Of a stretch of 64,000 nucleotides of DNA, positions 1-11,284 are shown piece by piece. Position 1 is the stretch's first letter; each line of letters begins with the position of its first letter. The position numbers were made by a program, and so were the translations under genes. Under the pieces are notes generated by a model, which saw nothing but the letters and a program-made list of their open reading frames with translations, was not told where the DNA came from and made no database searches. This stretch comes from the human T2T-CHM13v2.0 reference genome, Homo sapiens: the NCBI RefSeq assembly GCF_009914755.1, contig NC_060932.1. One strand, 5' to 3'.

Positions 1-124
1 ACCTGTATTGCATTTGATAGACTCCAGTGACCCTGAGCATTTAAATTTTTTTGTTCATAAAATCCTGGTGAAATCTGAGGCAGGAGTTAAAAAATAGACC
101 AAGTATAAGAAAACAAGTTGTCAT

Positions 125-485
125 TGTGGCTGTCTGCTTTGTATTGCTATAACAGAAAACCATAGACTAGCTAATTTATAAAGAAATAAATTATTTCTCG
201 CAGGTCTAGAGCCTGGGAAAACTAATATCAAGGTGCTGACATTTTATGTGGGACTTCTTGCTCTGTCATCACATCACAGAAAGCAGAAAGACAAGAGAAC
301 ACAAGCTCAAGAGAGGGTAGAAAGCAGCTGAACTCATTTTTTTAAAATCAGGAACCCACTGCTGCAATAATGTCATTAATCCATTCATGAGGGTAGAGGC
401 CCTCATAGCCAAATGGCCTTCTAGAGGTTTCATCTCTCAAGACTACTGCAGTGAGGATTAAGTTTCCAACACAGGAATTGGACCC
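125..485 (-). mobile_element. MaLR solo LTR (MSTD/MLT1A-like)
   Basis: GCTATAACAGAAAACCATAGACTAG...TTAATCCATTCATGAGGGTAGAGGCCCTCAT...GGATTAAGTTTCCAACACA resembles the reverse complement of MST/MLT1A LTRs; ends approximate. Confidence 0.75.
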
Positions 486-523
486 ACAACTGACTTAAGA
501 AATTACAATTAGGAACACAAAAT

Positions 524-571
524 TATATATATGTACGTGTGTGTGTGCACGCGCCTGTGTGTGTGTATATA
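524..571. repeat. (TA)n/(TG)n microsatellite
   Basis: tatatatatgtacgtgtgtgtgtgcacgcgcctgtgtgtgtgtatatat. Confidence 0.85.
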
Positions 572-673
572 TGACATTTAAAGAAAGTACATGGGGAGTT
601 AAAATAGGATTAAGAATTGAGATATGTAAAATCTTCAGATTTAGAAAAATGCGTGTAAAACTTGTAGAAATGA

Positions 674-734
674 GACTGGGTGCGGTGGTTCACGCCTGTA
701 ATCCCAGCACTTTGGGAGGCCAAGGCGGGTGGAT
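674..734 (+). mobile_element. Alu 5' stub (first ~60 bp of left monomer)
   Basis: GACTGGGTGCGGTGGTTCACGCCTGTAATCCCAGCACTTTGGGAGGCCAAGGCGGGTGGAT, then abrupt end. Confidence 0.92.
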
Positions 735-1085
735 GATGAAGTAGAGAGTAGAACAGTGGTTACCCGAAACTGGGGTGAGGATGTAGAAGAGAGCATGGGG
801 AGAGGGTGGTCAACAGGTACAAAGTTACAATTAAATAGGAATAATTTCTAGTGTTCAATTTCACAGTAGGGTGACTATGGTTAACAGTAGGGTGACTATG
901 GTTAACAGCAAGGTTTTGTATATTACAAAATAGCTAGAAGAGAACTTTTAAATGTTTTCATCACACAAAAAAATGATAAATGCAGAAGGTGATAAATATA
1001 TTTACCTTGATTTAATTGTTATACAACATATATATGTATCAAAATATCTAATTGTACACTATATGTAAAATTACAATGTGTCAAA
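735..1085 (+). mobile_element. L1MA5/6-like 3' UTR fragment
   Basis: GTAGAGAGTAGAACAGTGGTTACC...CACAGTAGGGTGACTATGGTTAAC...AAAATAGCTAGAAGAG...ATGATAAATG typical of L1MA 3' ends. Confidence 0.8.
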
Positions 1086-1159
1086 AGCAGAATATGGGGC
1101 AGATTATATTACCAACTACATTTTAAGCTGGAGAAAAATTAAACAGCAAAATTTATAGG

Positions 1160-1360
1160 GGTCTTACTAGATGCCAAAAATATGCTAAGTATTTTTTCAA
1201 ATGTTAATTTATGTAAAACTTCAAAACAATCATCTGGAGATATAATTATTTTCTCCATTTTCTGGATGAGAAAACTGACACTTGGCTAATTTAAATAACT
1301 TGATCACTTTTACATAGTGGCAAAGCTGGAAATTTATATTCTTAAAACCTAAAATGCACT
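1160..1360 (-). mobile_element. MIR SINE relic
   Basis: CCATTTTCTGGATGAGAAAACTGAC...ATAACTTGATCAC resembles the reverse MIR core. Confidence 0.65.
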
Positions 1361-1657
1361 GCCTCTTACAACTTAATATTTAAAGTAATAAGAATATTTT
1401 CTAAGATTAGAATAATAGTTACAAAATACAGCCAGGATTCAAAAGCAACCTTCTGACACCAAAGCAGTATTGCCTCTGTATTTCATCTCTTCATTTTCTG
1501 TCAATGGTAATTCATTGTTGATCTCATCTTGTTTTATGACTGGCTCCTAGGTTTATATTTGTAGCCCAAACATTTCCCTTAAAATTTAAACACATATCCA
1601 ACTACCTATCAAGAATAAATTGGATTCTACTTTACATTTCATAGAACTATATATGTT

Positions 1658-1780
1658 CAAGTAGATGTACTTGGATATTACATCTACTATTCTAGAATAG
1701 ATAGTATATCTACTATCCTACAGTAGATAGTTCATCTACTATCCTATAATAGGACGTACTTAGTATATATCCAAGTAGAT
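1658..1780. repeat. 3 x 26-bp quasi-palindromic tandem array
   Basis: Units at 1681, 1707 and 1733 (c/tATCTACTAT.CTA.A.TAG...); inverted flanks TACTTGGATAT/ATATCCAAGTA. Confidence 0.8.
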
Positions 1781-1859
1781 ATATATGATATCTAAAAATC
1801 TTATTTAATTTACTAGTTGTAAAGGATACATATAAAGATAAATAATGGAAATACTAGTT

Positions 1860-2010
1860 GAAGCTTCACCTCTTGATAGCTTTGGAATTGTGTTAAACAA
1901 AGCATTTAAACTTGCTGAACATCAGTTTTTTCATTTGTAAAATGGGACTAAAATAGTATCTATCTCATAATATTATTATGTGGCTCAAGTAGATTAATAT
2001 ATATAAAAAC
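1860..2010 (+). mobile_element. MIR SINE relic
   Basis: CATCAGTTTTTTCATTTGTAAAATGGGACTAAAATAGTATCTATCTCATA. Confidence 0.75.
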
Positions 2011-3923
2011 CAAAAGAGTGTATTTTAAGCCTTGAACAGAGAGCAACATAAAGACAGAGAAAGTTAAAAAAGAAGAGAGAAAGAGAGGAAACAAAAAACA
2101 GAGAAAGAAGCCACAAGGAGAGAAGTAAGGGGTGTTTTGATTTGAATTAGGGGTTTCAATCCAATGAGTTCAGGCAATTTGTTAGATAATATAATTGTTA
2201 TGAACATTTGTGTTTCATGGAATGAATGTGATGAGCAGAAGTGCCCTTTAAGAAGTTTAATATGGATGCCATGTAGATGCCACATAAAGAAGAACAGGAG
2301 CCAGATGGACCTAGAGTTGTGGAGTGTATGCTTAGCTCTATAGTAGATACATAGTGGAAATAATGAAAGGGAAGAAGACGGACTTGTATGATGTTTGCAG
2401 GCAGAGAGGTGGTCAATGTTTTGATCTGCAATTTATGTTATAGTGGCTGCAGCTTGGTGTTGCCAGAGCCTCTCTGTCCAATACTACATCTGTCTACTTG
2501 GACCTAAGTCCACCTGGTAGTGCTTACTGCCTTTCTCCCCTCCCTCAACAGCAGCCTTGCCCAGTCTTTTTAAGCCCTACTACCAAACATGGAACGGGGT
2601 CAGTAAAGGATTTTTTCATTTTCCTTGAAACATTTTTTCCTCTTTCAAAACTGTAACCTTGGATCTGATCTGAGAAAAGATAAATCTGTGGAGTGAGAGG
2701 AAATTGCACGACAGGAGGCTGTCGACAAACATATTATAGACAGCCTAAGAAGAAAACACTAGCTCTAGGATCAGGAATCTCAGTTGCCTTTTCTCTCTAC
2801 TTATGATAGATGCAGAGGGAGAAGTGCCAGATACAATAAATTTGCGAAGACAGGAATTTCTAAATATGCTGCTGAGGTGAGGTAACTACAGCAAGTAATT
2901 CATCGATTCTCTCCTGTGTTCTCTTGGTACCCAGTTCAGTTTCCCTCTGAGCAACCTTAATCTTAGATCTTTTTAAGAGCTGCCTCATCCTAGCACAAAT
3001 AATCAGAAGAGCAGCAGGTAAAAAGTCCATTCAGCGGGGAGTCACAGTTCTCCTTCCTATCCCTTCAAACACATACCTAATTCACAACACAACCTGGCCA
3101 CAGTTGTGGCATGGGGACCGGAAAGAGAAAACTAAATAAATTTTTTAAAAAAGATTATAAAAGGAATAATGCCAAACAGCATGGAGTCTCTGTGAGAGGA
3201 AATGTGCTTTTAAGTGTTAGTGTGTTTTAAATGGCTTGGAGTGATACGGGAGGGGAAGGGAAGACTTGAGGGCAAAACGTCCTAATGTCCAGTTGCCTAA
3301 AAAAGTACCTACAAGGGTGGTGAAAATTAGTGGCTAAACATTTCTAATTGTTTCCATCTACGGCTATACCACCCCGAATGCATCTGATCTCAACTAATTG
3401 CTTCAGTGACAACTTAGTGCCAAATTGATCATAATGTTCTGGGCATTCTAGATGCAGAAGCTTAAGGAATATGGCACTCTGCTCATCCTGAGAAGGTTTA
3501 AATTGCAGCAGAGGGAAATAACAGAATGCCTTCAACAGGTTTACTAAACCCACTGAAAAACAAAACACACAAAAAAATGAAGTCTCGTTCATATAAAACC
3601 TTTTACCCACCATGAGAACTGAGCATTTCAACATTTTATGACATGTCCTGCTTTCAACACCATTGATACTATACTAATATGCTAATTAAAGATGCAGAGT
3701 ATGATTTGTCCTGATTTTCATCTGCCCTGATTCTGAATATTCTGAATGAGACTAGAGTCTATAATATTCACACCCTATGGAAGGAGGATAGATAAATATG
3801 ATTAAGAAATGGTCCCAAGCTATGGTGGGGGAAAAAGGGTAGACAGGCAAGGTAAGTGGCAAGACCCAAACAGATGGCTCTCCACCTTCATCCCAGCCAA
3901 ATTCTGTCATCTTTTATGTCCTT

Positions 3924-4027
3924 TGTGATATCCTTAGTATTTCCCATGTAATATCCTTATTATTTCCCATGTTTGTAATATCCTTCTTGTAATATCCTTG
4001 TAATATCCTTATTATTTCCCATGTTTG
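3924..4027. repeat. Variable-length tandem array built on TGTAATATCCT(T)
   Basis: Five units starting at 3924, 3947, 3974, 3988 and 3999. Confidence 0.85.
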
Positions 4028-4169
4028 CTTTTCTCTCTGATTTTTTGTCAAAGATCCCATACCACTTGGTACTTTTATGACATTGTGCTACGATTGGAAG
4101 ATACTGATATAGAAGATATGTAAACCATAGTCTTAGATCTAGGAAATTACTATCATAAGATTACTAATG

Positions 4170-4570
4170 ATAATGATAGTAATTAATATCTGCTGAGGAC
4201 TCACTATGTACTAAATATTAGGGCTAATCACTTCACATACATTACAGTACTTAATGTAAAAAGGTATACATATACATTTATACATAATATATATAATTAG
4301 ATATAAATTATGAAGAGGTATAATTATATAAATTATAATTATGTAATTATATAAATATATAATTATATATAATACATATCATATGTAATTTATATATAAA
4401 CACATATATAACTTATATTAGTAAGCTTATATATACAAACTAAGAACTATTATTGTTATTATCTTCATTATGTAAACAAGCTTTTAATGATAGTTCTAGG
4501 GGGTGAATAACTGGTGAAACCAACATTTAAACCTGAGCAGTTGGACTTCATGTTTTAAACACTTTGAAAT
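4170..4570 (-). mobile_element. MIR relic interrupted by an AT-rich low-complexity tract (~4263-4436)
   Basis: GAGGACTCACTATGTACTAAA...CACTTCACATACATT on the left; ACATTTAAACCTGAGCAGTTGGACTTC on the right. Confidence 0.5.
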
Positions 4571-5259
4571 TCTGCTTGTTCAAGTGAATATAATCTCTAC
4601 TTTGCCTTAATATTGGACCATTAAAGTTTTTACAAATCACGTTGGTAATAAGGGTAGATGACTCAAAGATAAATGCCAACATTTTTATCCCCACACCAGC
4701 CCTCTCTCCTCCCCCAAAATGGTGGCTAATGGTGTGGTAGTAGTATTTAGTATTTTAATATTTTATATTACTTAATTTTCTCCTTACAACAAATCTATGA
4801 ATTAAGCAATATTATCAAAATTATCCTGAAACAGAAACTAAGTACTCAGTATCAGATATTAAAAGTATTTTATAAAACAATGATATTACTTCAAGAAGTG
4901 CTCGTGAGCTTCTCTCTTGAATTACTTTCTCCAAATCATGATAACTTTTATCAAGGTATTTCAATGGATTATAATTGATTTGTTGTTCCAACAATCATAG
5001 AAACAAATATCAGCCCTTTGTATCAGGGAAGTTCTATGACTTCACTGATTACAATTTGAAAAACATGAGATTGCAATCTCTAATAACTCTCCTGTTATTT
5101 TACTATCTGTATTCTATTTTAATTCATATTTTAATCATCTGCATTCTAAAGTTTACCTTTTGATCACATTGTAACTTGATGGATGTAACAAGAAAATAAA
5201 ATATATTGTGTTAGAAACCAAAAGGAAGTCCTCTAATGCCATACTACCTACCACTGGGT

Positions 5260-5807
5260 CTATAGCAGGCAACTTTTAAGATTGCCTCCAGATGCCCCTG
5301 TCTCCTGGTATTCATGTCCTGCTTAATCCTCTAGCACTCCTAAACAATAAAGTGATGGGATGTCACTTATATGATTGGATCATATAACATAATGACCTTC
5401 CTCTTGCTAGCAAACTCTCTTATTTGCTGTCATTAATGAAGTAAGCCCACATGTTAGTGAGGCCTCCATAAAAAGAATCTGAGGAGAGCCTCCAGCCAAT
5501 GTCCACTATAAACTGAAATCCTCATTCCAAGAAAAATAAGGAACTTCCCTTAAATGGCCCTTAAGGAACTGCAGTTTTGTCAATAACCACCCACATGAGC
5601 TTGGCAGTGATTCTTCCCCAGTCTAGATTTCAGACAAGACCTCAGCTCTGCCCAACCTTTAATTTCAACATCTGTGAGAAGCCATGAAGATGCAGAACCA
5701 CCTTAGCTCTGTCTTGATGTCTAACTAGAAACTATGAGGCAAACATAGTTTGTTTCAAGCAACTAAGTTTGTGATAATTTGATATTCAGCAATAGACAAC
5801 TAGCACA
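5260..5807 (+). mobile_element. MaLR solo LTR (MLT1F/G-like)
   Basis: CTCCTGGTATTCATG...GTGATGGGATGTCACTT...GCCTCCAGCCAA...CTAAGTTTTGTGATAATTTGATATTCAGCAATAGACAACTAGCACA. Confidence 0.8.
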
Positions 5808-6058
5808 GAGACTAAACCAAGAACATTACCATCCTGATTTTCTTCCAGTTTCATTATGCCAGGGAAGTGTTAGAAGGAATTGAGTTCCACAGGCCTGGGT
5901 TAACAAGCACAAGCCGTTTTACAAGAAAGCTGTTCTAATGGAGAGACAAACCAATAATCAAAATAACTCATGACATAACTGAGAAAGTCCAAGTTCTACA
6001 TGCATAATAAATAAATAAACAAGTAAATAAATCAATACATAAATTTAGGAGGTACCCG

Positions 6059-6634
6059 TGAGGACCAAGGCTCTAGAGTCCCTGGAGGTTCACTGAAAAT
6101 CATTGACGTTTATCAAATTGATTCATAGGAAAAAAGGACTACAAGTTTATTTTGCATGTATACATGGGACGCTTCAGAATAAAGACCCAACATCGCAGTG
6201 ATGCACTGAAACTCACATACCATCTTGAGGTTGTAGAAAGAATGTAGGCTCAGAGCATGGCCAAATAGCTTATGTTGCTAAACCAGGTATGAGTGGCAAG
6301 ACAGGTTATAAGATGCAGAAAGGAAGAAGCTTGCCTAGCAAAGTTGGCCTTGATATGTAGATGAAGTCTCATAGGTAGCAGCTCTCAGAGAGAATAGATG
6401 GTAAATATCTCTTTTCAGACCTTTAAAGGTGTCAGATTCTGGACAGATCTCTCCTAGATTCTGGAAAAGCCTAGAAAGGGAAGACTTGGCTGCATTAATG
6501 GAGATTCTCTATGAATGCAAATTTCCCACACAAAAGACAGCTTTGCAGGGCCACCTCAATCTGCTAGCCCTGTGGTAGCCACTTCAAAATATGTCAGAGA
6601 AATATTTGGGGGTAAAATATTTTTATATTCTTCA
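6059..6634 (-). mobile_element. ERV1 solo LTR, MER4 group (MER39-like)
   Basis: GGCTGCATTAATGGAGATTCTCTA...CTTTGCAGGGCCAC...TTCAAAATATGTCAGAGAAATATTTGGGGGTAAAATATTTT. Confidence 0.75.
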
Positions 6635-6971
6635 TAATTATAGGGAAAATTATTATTTTGTCAAGATACATCATTTATTCCATACTTTGTGATTACTACT
6701 GAAGCAGTTCCATCTTTTTGAAGGCTACTGACTATAAAATTGTCTGAGGAACTTGAATACCAGCTGGCTAAGTTCTGGTTCAGTAAGACCATATATTAAA
6801 TGTTTTATTTTACAAAATTGTTCTTTGATAACCGTGGTTTATGTCACTCATAATGCCCCCATCATCATCCATGAAGATGAACAGGTCCAAAGTTCCCTGA
6901 AACAAATTCCTGGAAAGGCAAGCCAAACTCCAGGTGACGCTTCTTCAATGGAAGGACCTGCACAATGGGAC

Positions 6972-7524
6972 TGTCAAAGTAAAATTACAATGGACAAAAT
7001 TACATACGCAAAGAAATCTTTAGCTAAGTGCCTTGCAATAGGGTGGAGAGGCCAGAACTGAAATCTGAACTCAGTTCTGCTAAAATTAAGGGTGGGAAAA
7101 GTTTTAATTTCTGAGGTGAGAAGCCATGTGTTTGCTAATTGTTTTTACTTAAAAAAGAAGGAAACTTTCTCCTATTTAATGGCAGAAGGTAGTTTTACAT
7201 CTTGGAGCAAGGAATCCCCCACCCCCTACAATTAGGTACCTACTCTTTCACAGAGACTGGGAGATAAGGGTATTGTCTTCCTTAATTATTACATTTCAAA
7301 GAGATGGCTTCCAGGTCATTGAAAAATACCTCACTGGATCATAAAACTAGCAGGGTGGGTGAGGGAGCGGCTAGAAAGATTTACATTTCAAAGAGACTGA
7401 GAAAAAAGTTACATTTTCTTCTCAATTAAATCCTCTAAGATAAGGGTGGTTAGAGGCCTAGAGTCAGGAAGAAGCCTGTCCAAATTTAGTCAAGCTGAGA
7501 GGAACACTGAAACCACTTTAGTCA
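6972..7524 (-). mobile_element. ERV1 solo LTR (MER31/MER67-like)
   Basis: GGCCTAGAGTCAGGAAGAAGCCTGTCCAAATTTAGTCAAGCTGAGAGGAAC near the right end; TG...CA termini. Confidence 0.7.
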
Positions 7525-7741
7525 AACCTCAGAAGGAGGTCACTTAAAGTTGTAGGAAACAGCTTTTCCCACTCCTTACGGTGTCACATGCCATGAGTAT
7601 TGTAGATTCCAGGACTCAACATTAGGCAATTAGGAAAAGAAGAGGCTTCTTAGGTACATGGAATTAAGAATGGAGGAGTCTGTATGTCTGTAATACATTA
7701 TAAATGACCACTTTTGAACTATAACTTGATGGCATATGGTT

Positions 7742-8160
7742 GTTTAGAAATGATGAAGGGAATGTTATCAATGACTCAACAGAAATAAAAATAACCATTA
7801 GAAACTACTATGAACACCTCCATGCAAACAAACTAGAAAACCTAGAAGAGATGGATAATTTCCTGGATGCATACACTCTCCCAAGACTGAACAAGGAAGA
7901 AATTAATGTCCTGAACAGACCAATAATAAGCTCTGAAATTGAATCAGTGATAAAGAACCTAACAACCAAAAAAAAAAAAAAAAAACAAAAAACCCAGGAC
8001 CTGATGATTTCACAGATTAATTCTACCAGATGCACAAAGAAGAGCTGGTAACCTTTCCTATATAAACTATTCAAAAAAAAAAAAAAAAAAAGAGGAGGAA
8101 ACACTCCTCCCCAACTCATTATCTGAGGCCAGCATCATCCTGATACCAAAATCTGACAGA

Positions 8161-8201
<41 letters not shown>

Positions 8202-9409
8202 ACCATACACACTTCAAGGCCAATATCCTTGATAAACACTGATGCAGAAATCATCAACAAAATACTTACAAACCAAATCTAGCAGCACATAAAAAGCTAA
8301 TCCTCCATAACCAAGTAGGCTTCATCCCCAGGATGCAAGGTTGGTTTGACATACACAAATCAAAAAATGTGATTTATTATATAAACAAAACTAATGACAA
8401 AAACATGACTATCTCAATAGATGTGGAAAAGGCTTTGATAAAATTCAACACTCCATGTTAAAAACTATCAATAAACTAGGTACTGAAGGAACATACCTCA
8501 GAATAATAAGAGCCACCTATGACAATCCCATAGCCAGCTTATATACTGAATGAGCAAAAGCTGGAAGCATTCCTATTGAAAACTGGCACAAGACAAGAAT
8601 GCCCTCATTCACCACTCTTATTCAACATAGTATTGGAAGTCCTACCAAGAGCAACCAGGCAAGAGAAAGAAATAAAATGCATCCAAATAATAAGAGAGGA
8701 AATAAAACTATCTCTGTTTGCAGGTAACATGATTGATTCTATATCTAGAAAACCCCATAATCTTGGCCAAAAAGCTCCTTAATCTGACACACCACTTCAT
8801 TAAAGTGTCAGATACAAAATTAATGTAGAAAAATTACTGGCATTCCTACACCAAAAATATCCAAGCCAAGAGCCAAATGAGAAAGGTAATCCCATTCACA
8901 ATTGCCACAGAAAGAATAAAATACCTAGAAATACAGCTAACAGCAAGGTGAAAGATCTCTACAATGAGAATTACAAAATATTGCTAAAAGAAATTAGAGG
9001 AGACACAACCAAATGGAAAAACATCTCTTGGTCATGCTCATGGATAGGAAAAATCAATATCATTAAAATGGTTATACTGCCCAAAGCAGTTTATAGATTC
9101 AATGCTATTCCTATCAAACTACCAACAACATTCTTCACAGAACCAGAAAATCTATTTTAAATTCATATGAAACCAAAAAACAGCTCAAGGCAATCCTAAA
9201 TAAAAAGAACAAAGCTGATGGTGTCATGTTACCTGTCTTCAAACTATACTATTGGGCTACAGTACCCAAAATGGCATGGTATGGTACAAAAACAGACACA
9301 TAGGTCAATGGAACAGAATAGAGAAACCCAGAACTAAGGCCACATACCTATGACCACCTGATCTTGAACAAAAACCAGCAATGGGGAAAAGACTCTCTAG
9401 GGAATAAAT
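7742..9409 (+). mobile_element. L1PA13-15-like, 5'-truncated, degraded ORF2 (left part)
   Basis: ORF fragments [51 protein letters not shown] and [19 protein letters not shown] are L1 ORF2 motifs; many frameshifts. Confidence 0.95.
8162..8211. repeat. (CA)n microsatellite inside L1 ORF2
   Basis: Long ACACAC run replacing an A-rich L1 segment. Confidence 0.95.
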
Positions 9410-11284
9410 TGTCATCCTTGGGTTGTTGTTTTTCCAGCTGGAAGCCTCTGTGGCCAGTGGCCCCTTTGCCTACGTTTTGCTTGGGCCCACTAGGTTCATT
9501 CTGCCCACTCAGCCTGGCACACTGTCCTCGGCTCATGCTACCGGCCCAGATTCCATGTCTGCCAAGGGCAAGCCAGGCACAGGGTGGCGAAGGGTGTGTG
9601 AGTGAGTGTTGGGTCTGGCCACTGTGAACAGGCAGGCACGTTGACTGCTGTGGCAGGGTAGGCAGCTCCAGGTGTCGGCACAGGTGCAGGTTCCATGCAA
9701 GTTTGCGGCTGGATCAGATGCATCACAAGCAGTAGCTTCATTTGTGGACCTGGGTCTGGTCAAGGGGAATATGGTGGTGCCCAGAAGCTTGAAGGCAGCA
9801 GAAACCACAGAGCCCCAAAGAGGGTGTCACAGCTCTGGCTCAAGGAGCCCCTAGGTCTGGGCTCCTGGAAGGGCCATAGCTCTTCTCTCCTCTTTTCTCT
9901 CCTTCCCATCACCTGCAATGTGGCAAGTGGGAGGCATGTTTTAGCCCTGTTGTGTTACAGCTCTTTCAACCTCACCATTCATGGGGTCCTGAGTTATTGT
10001 TCCACATCCAGGAAGGATGAGGTATGTGGACAACTGGAGAGTGAGCAAGGCAAAGAGGTACTTTTTTGAGGGACGGAACAGCTTTCAGGAGACCCACAGT
10101 GGGTAGCTCCTATCCATAGACAGCCCATCCCAACATCTCTGCAGCCCTCAGCAGGAAGAAGACCCAGAATGGGTAGCTCCTATCCACAGACAGGCCATCC
10201 AAACATCTCTGCAGCCCTCAGCGGGGAGAAGACCCAGAGTGGGTAGCTACTATCCACAGGCAGGTTGTCCTGTCATCTCTGCAGCCCTCAGTGGAGAGAA
10301 GAGCTAGAGTGGGTAGCTCCTATCCACAGGCAGGTCATCCCATTATCTCTGCAGCCTTCAGTGGAGACAAGACCTGGAGTGGGTTGCTCCTATTCACAGG
10401 CAGGTCATCCTTTCATCTCTGCAGCCCTCGGCAGAGAAGAGACCCAGAGTGGGTAATTCTTATCTGCAGGCAGGTTTTCCTGTCATCTGCCTGAGTGCGG
10501 CTGAGTCTGGGGGTTTTTATGGACTTCAGAGGGGAGGAAGTGTGTGCTGATTGGTTCATGGGCGGCCATGGACAGGCCTAGAAAAAAACACCACAAGTTC
10601 TCACTCCTGTCTATGGATTGGCAGCCCAGGCCCAGGCTTCAGGCTGTCCCTGGCTTGAAGGTGGGGTCTCACCAAGAACCTGACCCTTTCTGCCCAGGAG
10701 CCCATCTGCCTCCTGCCACAATCAATCATGTCATCCACAGTGCCCAGGCTATTCACGTGGAAGGCTGCCTGCAGGACCACACTGTGCTGCCCTCAGCAAC
10801 CCCTCGGCCTCCTTCCTGTGCTCACTGGGGCTCAAAGTCTGGAAAGGGCCAAGGTGGCAGGAGGCTGGCATGTCAGCACCACCCTGAATGTGCACACACC
10901 CAGCTGAGTTGTGACAGTGCCGGGGCTCAGCCACAACTTTGCTCCAAATTTGGAGTGAGCACTGAGAGAGGGGAGAGGCCAGGCAGCAGGAGCAGGCACT
11001 TCAGAGCCTGCAGGGGCTAGAGGGGTTTCCTGGGCCCTGAGAGTGCAGGGATGCCTGGGTTCACAGTCTGGGTCCACAGCCTGGGTCTACAGCCACCACT
11101 GGACAGCTGCAGCTGAGCCGGAGAGGGCAGAGACCCCACCCCTCAAACTCGGAAGGAGGCAGGGCTCTCACCTGTACCAGGCTCCTGTGGGGTCCATGGA
11201 GCATGCAGCCCTGGCCATGCTTCCTCTACTGCAGCCAGCATCTGCACAGCAGCTGCTCCAGACAGTTCTTTGTTGCCATTACCA
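9410..11284 (-). mobile_element. MER52-family ERV1 solo LTR inserted into L1 ORF2
   Basis: GC-rich block with TG...CA ends that splits L1 AATAAAT|TGGTGCTG; reverse end TGGTAATGGCAAC...TCTGGAGCAGCTGCTG resembles the MER52 5' end. Confidence 0.85.
10091..10489. repeat. 70-bp tandem repeat, ~5.7 copies, within the MER52 LTR
   Basis: GACCCAGAGTGGGTAGCTCCTATCCACAGGCAGG...CATCTCTGCAGCCCTCAG units start at 10091, 10161, 10231, 10301, 10371 and 10441. Confidence 0.95.

Noticed and set aside
6640-6965. Possible processed pseudogene between two LTRs (ORF 6753-7061)
   Set aside because: Hand translation of both strands gave nothing recognisable; no poly(A) or TSD; the ORF runs into an LTR.
10091-10489. 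CRISPR-like regular array
   Set aside because: The whole 70-bp unit repeats with no unique spacers, it lies in a primate LTR, and there are no cas genes.
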